This document shows, piece after piece, positions 11,767 through 24,600 of a DNA stretch of 38,291 nucleotides. The notes beneath the pieces were generated by a model. That model was not told where the DNA came from. It did no database searches and saw only the letters and a list, made by a program, of their open reading frames with translations. The position numbers and the translations under genes are program-made. Each line of letters starts with the position of its first letter. Within the stretch, counting starts at the first letter, position 1. Source of the DNA: Nemertoderma westbladi (Eukaryota > Animalia > Xenacoelomorpha); contig JAUCBJ010001655.1 in assembly GCA_032718475.1 (NCBI GenBank), positions 1 to 38,291 of the forward strand, written 5' to 3'.

Positions 11767-12002
11767 ATCAGCGATCAGCTTTTCTAAGTTCTAAACAAAA
11801 CAATAAACTAAATTTGGGAACACAATTTGAAGTGATAATGTCACTCCTTGCAAGTCCTTGGTACAGAAAGATTATTCAATATGAAAAACGGCCTATGAGG
11901 CACCGAATGAATATTGCAACTAGCCAAGTACTTGCTATACCTGTCCTTGTCCTATAATGTCAAATAAATGTAAAATTAATAGTGGTAACGTTCGTTTAAT
12001 TT

Positions 12003-14314
12003 TTCAGTTAAAATAGCGTAATCAATAAAAAAAAGGATTGATTAAATTCAGTTAAAATAGAGTAATCAATAAAAAAAAAGGATTGATTAAATTCAGTTAA
12101 AATAGAGTAATCAATAAAAAAAAGGATTGATTAAATTCAGTTAAAATAGAGTAATCAATAAAAAAAAGGATTGATTAAATTCAGTTAAAATAGAGTAATC
12201 AATAAAAAAAAGGATTGATTCAATTCAATTAAAATAGAGTAATCGATAAAAAAAAAGGATTGATTAAATTCAGTTAAAATAGAGTAATCAATAAAAAAAA
12301 GGATTGATTAAATTCAGTTAAAATAGCGTAATCAATAAAAAAAAGGATTGATTAAATTCAGTTAAAATAGAGTAATCGATAAAAAAAAGGATTGATTAAA
12401 TTCAGTTAAAATAGAGTAATCGATAAAAAAAAAGGATTGATTAAATTCAGTTAAAATAGAGTAATCGATAAAAAAAGGATTGATTAAATTCAGTTAAAAT
12501 AGAGTAATCGATAAAAAAAAGGATTGATTAAATTCAGTTAAAATAGAGTAATCGATAAAAAAAAGGATTGATTAAATTCAGTTAAAATAGAGTAATCGAT
12601 AAAAAAAAGGATTGATTAAATTCAGTTAAAATAGAGTAATCGATAAAAAAAAGGATTGATTAAATTCAGTTAAAATAGAGTAATCGATAAAAAAAAGGAT
12701 TGATTAAATTCAGTTAAAATAGAGTAATCGATAAAAAAAAGGATTGATTAAATTCAGTTAAAATAGAGTAATCGATAAAAAAAGGATTGATTAAATTCAG
12801 TTAAAATAGAGTAATCGATAAAAAAAGGATTGATTAAATTCAGTTAAAATAGAGTAATCGATAAAAAAAAGGATTGATTAAATTCAGTTAAAATAGAGTA
12901 ATCGATAAAAAAAGGATTGATTAAATTCAGTTAAAATAGAGTAATCGATAAAAAAAAGGATTGATTAAATTCAGTTAAAATAGAGTAATCGATAAAAAAA
13001 AGGATTGATTAAATTCAGTTAAAATAGAGTAATCGATAAAAAAAAGGATTGATTAAATTCAGTTAAAATAGAGTAATCGATAAAAAAAAGGATTGATTAA
13101 ATTCAGTTAAAATAGAGTAATCGATAAAAAAAAGGATTGATTAAATTCAGTTAAAATAGAGTAATCGATAAAAAAAAAGGATTGATTAAATTCAGTTAAA
13201 ATAGAGTAATCAATAAAAAAAGGATTGATTAAATTGAGTTAAAATAGAGTAATCAATAAAAAAAGGATTGATTAAATTCAGTTAAAATAGAGTAATCGAT
13301 AAAAAAAGGATTGATTAAATTCAGTTAAAATAGAGTAATCGATAAAAAAAAGGATTGATTAAATTCAGTTAAAATAGAGTAATCGATAAAAAAAAGGATT
13401 GATTAAATTCAGTTAAAATAGAGTAATCGATAAAAAAAAGGATTGATTAAATTCAGTTAAAATAGAGTAATCGATAAAAAAAAGGATTGATCAAATTCAG
13501 TTAAAATAGAGTAATCGATAAAAAAAGGATTGATTAAATTCAGTTAAAATAGCGTAATCGATAAAAAAAAGGATTGATTAAATTCAGTTAAAATAGAGTA
13601 ATCGATAAAAAAAGGATTGATTAAATTCAGTTAAAATAGAGTAATCGATAAAAAAAAAGGATTGATTAAATTCAGTTAAAATAGAGTAATCGATAAAAAA
13701 AGGATTGATTAAATTCAGTTAAAATAGAGTAATCGATAAAAAAAAGGATTGATTAAATTCAGTTAAAATAGAGTAATCGATAAAAAAAAGGATTGATTAA
13801 ATTCAGTTAAAATAGAGTAATCGATAAAAAAAAGGATTGATTAAATTCAGTTAAAATAGAGTAATCGATAAAAAAAAGGATTGATTAAATTCAGTTAAAA
13901 TAGAGTAATCGATAAAAAAAGGATTGATTAAATTCAGTTAAAATAGAGTAATCGATAAAAAAAAGGATTGATTAAATTCAGTTAAAATAGAGTAATCGAT
14001 AAAAAAAGGATTGATTAAATTCAGTTAAAATAGAGTAATCGATAAAAAAAAAGGATTGATAAATTCAGTTAAAATAGAGTAATCGATAAAAAAAGGATTG
14101 ATTAAATTCAGTTAAAATAGAGTAATCGATAAAAAAAAAGGATTGATAATTTCAGTTAAAATAGAGTAATCGATAAAAAAAAGGATTGATTAAATTCAGT
14201 TAAAATAGAGTAATCGATAAAAAAAAGGATTGATTAAATTCAGTTAAAATAGAGTAATCGATAAAAAAAAGGATTGATTAAATTCAGTTAAAATAGAGTA
14301 ATCGATAAAAAAAG
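12003..14314. repeat. ~44-bp AT-rich satellite TTCAGTTAAAATAGAGTAATCGATA(7-9)GGATTGATTAAA (~52 copies)
   Basis: Read directly; units differ mainly in A-tract length and a CAAT/CGAT variant. Confidence 0.97.
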
Positions 14315-14820
14315 GTGTCGGAAATAACACCTTGATTAGAGCTCTCTAATTGATTAATTTACAGAACTTCAAAAGCTATCCAACTGCGCAGTTCGTAAAA
14401 AATGGACACAGAGCTTCCAAAGTAGGATAGGTCGGCCATGGTTGGTTGTTATTGGTTAACTGCTAGTCCTGGAACAACAGCTGACAGTGGAGGAGGGACA
14501 TTCGAATTTTATTCCGGTTGCAGGCATACATGGTAATTATTGTCAATGCTCGTCTATTGAATGACAATGGTATGACAATATTTCTTCACTGTTACGTTTT
14601 TGTTTGTACACCAGTTCCCGTACTTATAAAATAAAATAGGCGATAGCTGATTACCAGAAAGATGATAACCCTTTAGTTGTATTAGAATTACTAATCACTC
14701 ACTATTTCTGTCTCTGTGCTGTCCGTACCGGTAATCATTAACGGTAGGAAATAATAGATAAAATTATTGTATATTCGAGCTCTAGGTTACAACCGCAACC
14801 GCTTGACCTATTACTCAATA

Positions 14821-15690
14821 ATGGCACAGGAACTTATTACGTTAGAGAAGATGACAGGTATCGCGAAATTTATTCAGACGAGAATCCGAGCAGAGGGAAT
14901 CGTAGCTCCTAAACTGGGAGTTATATGTGGATCGGGTCTGGGAGGGCTCGCGGACACTCTGATTAAACCGTACGCGCTAGACTACTCCGAGATACCTGGG
15001 TTCCCCGCGAGCACAGTGGCGGGACACAAAGGCCGACTGGTGTTCGGAGGATTGGCCGGAAAGCCGACGGTCTGCATGCAGGGCCGCTTTCACACGTACG
15101 AGGGATACCCCGCCTCGGTAACCGCAATGCCGGTACGAGTGATGAAACTCCTCGGTGTCGAGACGATAATCGTAACGAACGCGGCGGGCGGATTGAATCC
15201 AGAGTTTGCCGTCGGGGACATTATGATAATGCAGGACCATATTAGTATGCCGGGACTGTGCGGAAACAATCCGTTAATGGGACCCAACGTAGCCGAGTTG
15301 GGGACCCGCTTTCCTCCCATGTCTGGCGCCTACAGCTCGGATCTGCGCCAACTGGCTCGCTCGGTGGCTACCGACCTCGGGTTGGCTGCCTACCTCCGGG
15401 AGGGCGTCTACTGCATGGTGTCTGGGCCTTCCTACGAGACGCCAACCGAGGCCAACTATCTCCGACTCATTGGCGCCGATGTTGTCGGTATGAGCACGGT
15501 ACCAGAGGTAATTGTAGCCAGACACGCGGGTTTACCAGTGCTCGGTTTCTCCTTGGTTACCAACAAGGTGGTCACCTCCCACACAGACACTACGCTAGTT
15601 AACCATGCCGAGGTCTTAGAAACTGGTAAAATGAGAGCGAACGATATGGAGAAACTTGTTACTCAAATAGCGGCGAAACTCATGTTATGA
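14821..15690 (+). CDS. PNP: Purine nucleoside phosphorylase, trimeric (mammalian-type) family, 289 aa, intronless
   Basis: Motifs GVICGSGLGGL, GHKGRLVFG, MQGRFHTYEGY, TNAAGGLN, DHI, GPSYETPTE, VGMSTVPEVIVARH, SLVTNKV and NHAEV. The first true ATG is 14821 (the track start at 14767 is TTG). Confidence 0.96.
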   Translation: MAQELITLEKMTGIAKFIQTRIRAEGIVAPKLGVICGSGLGGLADTLIKPYALDYSEIPGFPASTVAGHKGRLVFGGLAGKPTVCMQGRFHTYEGYPASVTAMPVRVMKLLGVETIIVTNAAGGLNPEFAVGDIMIMQDHISMPGLCGNNPLMGPNVAELGTRFPPMSGAYSSDLRQLARSVATDLGLAAYLREGVYCMVSGPSYETPTEANYLRLIGADVVGMSTVPEVIVARHAGLPVLGFSLVTNKVVTSHTDTTLVNHAEVLETGKMRANDMEKLVTQIAAKLML

Positions 15691-16080
15691 GTAGCTTAAT
15701 AATGGAGGTATAGTTTGCTTGCATGTTCCGATGTTGATGATATCAGCCACTCGTATTTTTGTACTGTTAGCACTTAGCAGCAGACTGCACTGTTACTATA
15801 ATGGTGATTAGTTCCAATCAGATGAGTTTATATCCGAGATGTGTCCAGATTTAGTCCAGGTCTTAGATTTAGTTGCTGCTTTATTCTCTAACAACAGGGT
15901 GATTTGTCTTAATAATGAGTTAATAACGTAATAATTAACACAGTTACAATAAGATATTGTAATGAAAGTTATTAATATTTCCGGTGTAAATTTTTAATAG
16001 ATTTATATTTTTCAAGTTTTGGTTAGACAATCACAAATTTTGGGCGTTAATTGCCAAATTAAATATTTTGTAATTCCTAT

Positions 16081-16102
16081 GGGGAGGGAGGGCGGGCGTG
16101 AA

Positions 16103-16132
<30 letters not shown>
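16081..16132 (+). repeat. G-rich tract GGGGAGGGAGGGCGGG followed by a G30 homopolymer
   Basis: Read directly. Confidence 0.85.
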
Positions 16133-16133
<1 letters not shown>

Positions 16134-16294
16134 AAATAGCCTCGACTAATAAAACTGCTCTAGGATAGACACCTTTTAATCGCCCACATCTCTGCATTTT
16201 TTCAACGAAAAAACAATATGTTTTTACAGATTTAGATCCACATAACGTTACCTTTCCTTTATTCCAACAACTCAATAAAAGAAGACGCATTCCA

Positions 16295-19200
16295 CAGTGG
16301 TACGTTATTGAGTGGGACAGTTACTGCGCAGTGGTACGTTATTGAGTGGGACAGTTATTGCACAGTGGTACGATATTGAGTGCGACAGTTATTGCACAGT
16401 GGTACGATATTGAGTGGGACAGTTATTGAGCAGTGGTGCGTTATTGAGTGGGACAGTTATTGAGCAGTGGTGCGTTATTGAGTGGGCCAGTTATTGCGCA
16501 GTGGTACGATATTGAGTGGGACAGTTATTGCGCAGTGGTGCGTTATTGAGTGGGACAGTTATTGCGCAGTGGTGCGTTATTGTGTGGGACAGTTATTGCG
16601 CAGTGCTACGATATTGAGTGCGACAGTTATTGAGCAGTGGTGCGTTATTGAGTGGGACAGTTATTGAGCAGTGGTACGTTATTGAGTGGGACAGTTATTG
16701 AGCAGTGGTGCGATATTGAGTGGGACAGTTATTGCGCAGTGGTGCGATATTGAGTGGGACAGTTATTGCGCAGTGGTACGATATTGAGTGGGACAGTTAT
16801 TGCGCAGTGGTGAGTTATTGAGTGGGACAGTTATTGCGCAGTGGTGCGATATTGAGTGGGACAGTTATTGCGCAGTGCTACGATATTGAGTGCGACAGTT
16901 ATTGAGCAGTGGTGCGTTATTGAGTGGGACAGTTATTGAGCAGTGGTGCGTTATTGAGTGGGACAGTTATTGCGCAGTGGTACGATATTGAGTGGGACAG
17001 TTATTGCGCAGTGGTACGATATTGAGTGGGACAGTTATTGCGCAGTGGTGCGTTATTGAGTGGGACAGTTATTGCGCAGTGGTGCGTTATTGAGTGGGAC
17101 AGTTACTGCGCAGTGGTGCGTTATTGAGTGGGACAGTTATTGCGCAGTGGTGCGATATTGAGTGGGACAGTTATTGCGCAGTGCTACGATATTGAGTGGG
17201 ACAGTTACTGAGCAGTGGTGCGTTATTGAGTGGGACAGTTATTGAGCAGTGGTACGTTATTGAGTGGGCCAGTTATTGCGCAGTGGTACGATATTGAGTG
17301 GGACAGTTACTGCGCAGTGGTGCGTTATTGAGTGGGACAGTTATTGCGCAGTGGTGCGATATTGAGTGGGACAGTTATTGCGCAGTGGTGCGATATTGAG
17401 TGGGACAGTTATTGAGCAGTGGTGCGTTATTGAGTGGGACAGTTATTGCGCAGTAGTGCGTTATTGAGTGGGATAGTTATTGAGCAGTGGTGCGTTATTG
17501 AGTGGGACAGTTATTGCGCCGTAGTGCGTTATTGAGTAGGACAGTTATTGCACAGTGGTACGATATTGAGTGGGACAGTTATTGCGCAGTGGTGCGTTAT
17601 TGAGTGGGATAGTTATTGCGCAGTGGTGCGTTATTGAGTGGGACAGTTATTGTGCGTTATGGAGTGGGACAGTTATTGCGCAGTGGTACGATATTGAGTG
17701 GGACAGTTATTGCGCAATAGTGCGTTATTGAGTGGGCAGTTATTGCGCAGTAGTGCGTTATTGAGTGGGACAGTTATTGAGCAGTGGTGCGTTATTGAGT
17801 GGGACAGTTATTGCGCAGTGGTACGATATTGAGTGAGACAGTTATTGCGCAGTAGTGCGTTATTGAGTGGGACAGTTATTGAGCAGTGGTGTGTTATTGA
17901 GTGGGACAGTTATTGCACAGTAGTGCGTTATTGAGTGGGACAGTTATTGCACAGTGGTACGATATTGAGTGGGACAGTTATTGCGCAGTGGTGCGTTATT
18001 GAGTGGGATAGTTATTGCGCAGTGGTGCGTTATTGAGTGGGACAGTTATTGTGCGTTATGGAGTGGGACAGTTATTGCGCAGTGGTACGATATTGAGTGG
18101 GACAGTTATTGCGCAATAGTGCGTTATTGAGTGGGCAGTTATTGCGCAGTAGTGCGTTGTTGAGTGGGACAGTTATTGAGCAGTGGTGCGTTATTGAGTG
18201 GGACAGTTATTGCGCAGTGGTACGATATTGAGTGGGACAGTTATTGCGCAGTAGTGCGTTATTGAGTGGGACAGTTATTGAGCAGTGGTGCGTTATTGAG
18301 TGGGACAGTTATTGCACAGTAGTGCGTTATTGAGTGGGACAGTTATTGCGCAGTAGTGCGTTATTGAGTGGGACAGTTATTGAGCAGTGGTGTGTTATTG
18401 AGTGGGACAGCTATTGCACAGTAGTGCGTTATTGAGTGGGACAGTTATTGCACAGTGGTACGATATTGAGTGGGACAGTTATTGCGCAGTGGTGCGTTAT
18501 TGAGTGGGATAGTTATTGCGCAGTGGTGCGTTATTGAGTGGGACAGTTATTGTGCGTTATGGAGTGGGACAGTTATTGCGCAGTGGTACGATATTGAGTG
18601 GGACAGTTATTGCGCAATAGTGCGTTATTGAGTGGGCAGTTATTGCGCAGTAGTGCGTTATTGAGTGGGACAGTTATTGAGCAGTGGTGCGTTATTGAGT
18701 GGGACAGTTATTGCGCAGTGGTACGATATTGAGTGGGACAGTTATTGCGCAGTAGTGCGTTATTGAGTGGGACAGTTATTGAGCAGTGGTGCGTTATTGA
18801 GTGGGACAGTTATTGCACAGTAGTGCGTTATTGAGTAGGAAAGTTATTGCACAGTGGTACGATATTGAGTGGGACAGTTATTGCGCAGTGGTGCGTTATT
18901 GAGTGGGACAGTTATTGCGCAGTGGTGCGTTATTGAGTGGGACAGTTATTGAGCAGTGGTGCGTTATTGAGTGGGATAGTTATTGAGCAGTAGTGCGCTA
19001 TTGAGTGGGATAGTTATTGAGCAGTGGTGCGTTATTGAGTGGGACAGTTATTGAGCAGTGGTGCGTTATTGAGTGGGACAGTTATTGTGCGTTATGGAGT
19101 GGGACAGTTATTGCGCCGTGGTACGATATTGAGTGGGACAGTTATTGCGCAATAGTGCGTTATTGAGTGGGCAGTTATTGCGCAGTAGTGCGTTATTGAG

Positions 19201-20622
19201 TGGGACAGTTATTGAGCAGTGGTGCGTTATTGAGTGGGACAGTTATTGCACAGTGGTACGATATTGTAGTGCGTTATTGAGTGGGATAGTTATTGAGCAG
19301 TGGTGCGTTATTGAGTGGGACAGTTATTGAGCAGTGGTGCGTTATTGAGTGGGATAGTTATTGAGCAGTAGTGCGCTATTGAGTGGGATAGTTATTGAGC
19401 AGTGGGGCGTTATTGAGTGGGACAGTTATTGAGCAGTGGTGCGTTATTGAGTGGGACAGTTATTGCGCAGTTGTGCGTTATTGAGTGGGACAGTTATTGC
19501 GCAGTGGTACGATATTGAGTGGGACAGTTATTCCACAGTGGTGCGTTATTGAGTGGGACAGTTACTGAGCAGTGGTGCGTTATTGAGTGGGACAGTTATT
19601 GCGCAGCGCAGTGGTGCGTTTTTGAGTGGGACAGTTATTGCGCAGTGGTGCGTTATTGAGTGGGACAGTTATTGCGCAGTGGTGCGTTATTGAGTGGGAC
19701 AGTTATTGCGCAGCGCAGTGGTGCGTTTTTGAGTGGGACAGTTATTGCGCAGTGGTGCGTTATTGAGTGGGACAGTTATTGCGCAGTGGTGCGTTATTGA
19801 GTGGGACAGTTATTGCGCAGTAGTGCGTTATTGAGTGGGATAGTTATTGCGCAGTGGTGCGTTATTGAGTGGGACAGTTATTGCGCAGCGCAGTGGTGCG
19901 TTTTTGAGTGGGACAGTTATTGCGCAGTGGTGCGTTATTGAGTGGGACAGTTATTGCGCAGCGCAGTGGTGCGTTTTTGAGTGGGACAGTTATTGCGCAG
20001 TGGTGCGTTATTGAGTGGGACAGTTATTGCGCAGTAGTGCGTTATTGCGTGGGATAGTTATTGCGCAGTGGTGCGTTATTGAGTGGGACAGTTATTGCGC
20101 AGCGCAGTGGTGCGTTTTTGAGTGGGACAGTTATTGCGCAGTGGTGCGTTATTGAGTGGGACAGTTATTGCGCAGTGGTGCGTTATTGAGTGGGACAGTT
20201 ATTGCGCAGCGCAGTGGTGCGTTTTTGAGTGGGACAGTTATTGCGCAGTGGTGCGTTATTGAGTGGGACAGTTATTGCGCAGTAGTGCGTTATTGAGTGG
20301 GATAGTTATTGCGCAGTGGTGCGTTATTGAGTGGGACAGTTATTGCGCAGCGCAGTGGTGCGTTTTTGAGTGGGACAGTTATTGCGCAGTGGTGCGTTAT
20401 TGAGTGGGACAGTTATTGCGCAGTGGTGCGTTATTGAGTGGGACAGTTATTGCGCAGCGCAGTGGTGCGTTTTAGAGTGGGACAGTTATTGCGTAGTGGT
20501 GCGTTATTGAGTGGGACAGTTATTGCGCAGCGCAGTGGTGCGTTTTTGAGTGGGCCAGTTATTGCGCAGTGGTGCGTTATTGAGTGGACAGTTATTGCGC
20601 AGTGGTGCGTTATTGGGTGGGA
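16295..20622. repeat. 34-bp satellite CAGTGGTGCGTTATTGAGTGGGACAGTTATTGCG (~127 copies)
   Basis: Read directly; variants are arranged in blocks. Confidence 0.97.
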
Positions 20623-20802
20623 CATTTTTCACAAACATTTTAAAGCTAAATAAATCAAAATATGCGCCCATGTGAAGATTACCAGGTTTTCACTTTTCGG
20701 TCGTCTTTTTATTGGGATTTTATATACTGTATGAAGAATTTGTTTTTTTTAAAGGGATGTTAAATTCAGTTTCTAATTTATGGGATTGGTTAGGGGGGTG
20801 TG

Positions 20803-21315
20803 ATATCGTGACCATAGAGCCAGAACAACACACCACAATCTTTCAAAAAAAAATTTTTACCAAAAATACTCAAGATGGCGTTCTACATCTTACGTTAAAA
20901 TCCTAGACTTGTTTATCAGTCCGTTTAGGAGATATGGAAAACCAGAACAACCCTCACAACATATAAGTTGAAAACTGTTAGAGGTAAAACAACACATACC
21001 ACACATTGCTCTATCATACTTTGAATACATAAAATCATAGAGGTAAAACAACACACACAGACTAGAGTTAAGGTTAAATTTCAGTATGTGTTGTTTTGCC
21101 TCTTTGGAAAATAACGAAAAAATCAGTTTTTTTCATTAACAAAATTTATTCTGAATGCTAGCCACTTTTATAAAATCTATCATTGTATCTTCCCAGACCT
21201 CTGTAGAAAAAATTAGGAGACGGGATCCATATAGAGGGATATGAGAAGGTTTTTTACATTTTTCGCGAAACCACATTTTTTGGTGAGTGTTGTTCTGGCT
21301 CTTTGGTCACGATAT
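20803..21315. mobile_element. MITE / non-autonomous DNA transposon with ~30-bp terminal inverted repeats
   Basis: Left ATATCGTGACCATAGAGCCAGAACAACAC; right end reverse-complements to ATATCGTGACCAAAGAGCCAGAACAACAC; ATAT on both sides may be a 4-bp TSD; internal inverted pair AGAGGTAAAACAACACATAC (~20980) / GTATGTGTTGTTTTGCCTCT (~21084). Confidence 0.8.
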
Positions 21316-21323
21316 ATATATTA

Positions 21324-21356
21324 TCTATATTATATAAATATCACGTGTCTGTTTGT
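21324..21356 (+). mobile_element. Short remnant of a Helitron B-type 5' end
   Basis: TCTATATTATATAAATATCACGTGTCTGTTTGT resembles the reverse complement of ~4785-4815. Confidence 0.45.
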
Positions 21357-21435
21357 GGATAGATGTGATGGAATCGTTTGATTTGGAGTTTCGGAATTTT
21401 TGATGCGGTATGAAACTTTAAATTAGTCAACTTAC

Positions 21436-21490
21436 CGAGCGCAATGTTTAATATCCCTATTTCTCTTACTCAAGTACATGGTCAGTACAG
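21436..21490 (-). CDS. Candidate further TTLL5-like exon (unconfirmed)
   Basis: 55 nt between a TACTGTAG acceptor and a GTAAGT donor just beyond the 41-bp array; no recognisable homology. Confidence 0.2.
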
Positions 21491-21617
21491 CTACAGTAAT
21501 ATAACCCTCATCCAAACAATTAATAACCTAATAACCAATAACTTCATACGATATTATACGGACTCATTTTGATCAGATGAAATAATTCAACACTTTTTTA
21601 ATTAATGCAAAACAACG

Positions 21618-24600
21618 AGTGTAGGCTGCAGTACTCGAGCTAACCTGTTACGGGCACTCGTGTAGGCTGCAGTACTCGAGCTAACCTGTTAGTTACGGGC
21701 ACTAGTGTAGGCTGCAGTACTCGAGCTAACCTGTTAGTTACGGGCACTAGTGTAGGCTGCAGTACTCGAGCTAACCTGTTACGGGTACTAGTGTAGGCTG
21801 CAGTACTCGAGCTAACCTGTTACGGGTACTAGTGTAGGCTGCAGTACTCGAGCTAACCTGTTACGGGTACTAGTGTAGGCTGCAGTACTCGAGCTAACCT
21901 GTTACGGGCACTACTGTAGGCTGCAGTACTCGAGCTAACCTGTTACGGGTACTAGTGTAGGCTGCAGTACTCGAGCTAACCTGTTACGGGTACTAGTGTA
22001 GGCTGCAGTACTCGAGCTAACCTGTTACGGGCACTACTGTAGGCTGCAGTACTCGAGCTAACCTGTTACGGGTACTAGTGTAGGCTGCAGTACTCGAGCT
22101 AACCTGTTACGGGTACTAGTGTAGGCTGCAGTACTCGAGCTAACCTGTTACGGGTACTAGTGTAGGCTGCAGTACTCGAGCTAACCTGTTACGGGCACTA
22201 CTGTAGGCTGCAGTACTCGAGCTAACCTGTTACGGGTACTAGTGTAGGCTGCAGTACTCGAGCTAACCTGTTACGAACACTAGTGTAGGCTGCAGTACTC
22301 GAGCTAACCTGTTACGGGCACTAGTTTAGGCTGCAGTACTCGAGCTAACCTGTTACGGACACTAGTGTAGGCTGCAGTACTCGAGCTAACCTGTTACGGG
22401 CACTACTGTAGGCTGCAGTACTCGAGCTAACCTGTTACGGGCACTAGTGTAGGCTGCAGTACTCGAGCTAACCTGTTACGGGCATTAGTTTAGGCTGCAG
22501 TACTCGAGCTAACCTGTTACGGGCACTAGTTTAGGCTGCAGTACTCGAGCTAACCTGTTACGGGTACTAGTGTAGGCTGCAGTACTCGAGCTAACCTGTT
22601 ACGAACACTAGTGTAGGCTGCAGTACTCGAGCTAACCTGTTACGGGCATTAGTTTAGGCTGCAGTACTCGAGCTAACCTGTTACGGGCACTAGTTTAGGC
22701 TGCAGTACTCGAGCTAACCTGTTACGGACACTAGTGTAGGCTGCAGTACTCGAGCTAACCTGTTACGAACACTAGTGTAGGCTGCAGTACTCGAGCTAAC
22801 CTGTTACGAACACTAGTGTAGGCTGCAGTACTCGAGCTAACCTGTTACGAACACTAGTGTAGGCTGCAGTACTCGAGCTAACCTGTTACGAACACTAGTA
22901 GTAGGCTGCAGTACTCGAGCTAACCTGTTACGGACACTAGTGTAGGCTGCAGTACTCGAGCTAACCTGTTACGGGCACTAGTGTAGGCTGCAGTACTCGA
23001 GCTAACCTGTTACGGGCACTAGTGTAGGCTGCAGTACTCGAGCTAACCTGTTACGGACACTAGTGTAGGCTGCAGTACTCGAGCTAACCTGTTACGGGCA
23101 CTAGTGTAGGCTGCAGTACTCGAGCTAACCTGTTACGGGCACTAGTGTAGGCTGCAGTACTCGAGCTAACCTGTTACGGGCACTAGTGTAGGCTGCAGTA
23201 CTCGAGCTAACCTGTTACGAACACTAGTGTAGGCTGCAGTACTCGAGCTAACCTGTTACGGGCACTAGTGTAGGCAGCAGTACTCGAGCTAACCTGTTAC
23301 GGGCACTAGTGTAGGCTGCAGTACTCGAGCTAACCTGTTACGGGCACTAGTGTAGGCAGCAGTACTCGAGCTAACCTGTTACGGGCACTAGTGTAGGCTG
23401 CAGTACTCGAGCTAACCTGTTACGAACGGACACTAGTGTAGGCTGCAGTACTCGAGCTAACCTGTTACGGGCACTAGTGTAGGCTGCAGTACTCGAGCTA
23501 ACCTGTTACGGGCACTAGTGTAGGCTGCAGTACTCGAGCTAACCTGTTACGGGCACTAGTGTAGGCTGCAGTACTCGAGCTAACCTGTTACGAACGGACA
23601 CTAGTGTAGGCTGCAGTACTCGAGCTAACCTGTTACGGGCACTAGTGTAGGCTGCAGTACTCGAGCTAACCTGTTAGTTACGGCACTAGTGTAGGCTGCA
23701 GTACTCGAGCTAACCTGTTAGTTACGGCACTAGTGTAGGCTGCAGTACTCGAGCTAACCTGTTACGGGCACTAGTGTAGGCTGCAGTACTCGAGCTAACC
23801 TGTTACGGGCACTAGTGTAGGCAGCAGTACTCGAGCTAACCTGTTACGAACGGACACTAGTGTAGGCTGCAGTACTCGAGCTAACCTGTTACGGGCACTA
23901 GTGTAGGCTGCAGTACTCGAGCTAACCTGTTACGGGCACTAGTGTAGGCTGCAGTACTCGAGCTAACCTGTTAGTTACGGCACTAGTGTAGGCAGCAGTA
24001 CTCGAGCTAACCTGTTACGAACGGACACTAGTGTAGGCTGCAGTACTCGAGCTAACCTGTTACGGGCACTAGTGTAGGCTACAGTACTCGAGCTAACCTG
24101 TTACGGCACTAGTGTAGGCTGCAGTACTCGAGCTAACCTGTAACGGGCACTAGTGTAGGCTGCAGTACTCGAGCTAACCTGTTACGAACGGACACTAGTG
24201 TAGGCTGCAGTACTCGAGCTAACCTGTAACGGGCACTAGTGTAGGCTGCAGTACTCGAGCTAACCTGTTACGGGCACTAGTGTAGACTGCAGTACTCGAG
24301 CTAACCTGTTACGAACGGACACTAGTGTAGGCTGCAGTACTCGAGCTAACCAGTTACGGGCACTAGTGTAGGCTGCAGTAGTCGAGCTAACCTGTTACGA
24401 ACGGACACTAGTGTAGGCTGCAGTACTCGAGCTAACCTGTAACGGGCACTAGTGTAGGCTGCAGTACTCGAGCTAACCTGTTACGGGCACTAGTGTAGAC
24501 TGCAGTACTCGAGCTAACCTGTTACGAACGGACACTAGTGTAGGCTGCAGTACTCGAGCTAACCAGTTACGGGCACTAGTGTAGGCTGCAGTACTCGAGC

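Noticed and set aside
14977-15602. Antisense and alternative-frame ORFs over PNP (also 30426-30917 and 30990-31376 over the phosphatase)
   Set aside because: Shadow ORFs of real coding sequence.
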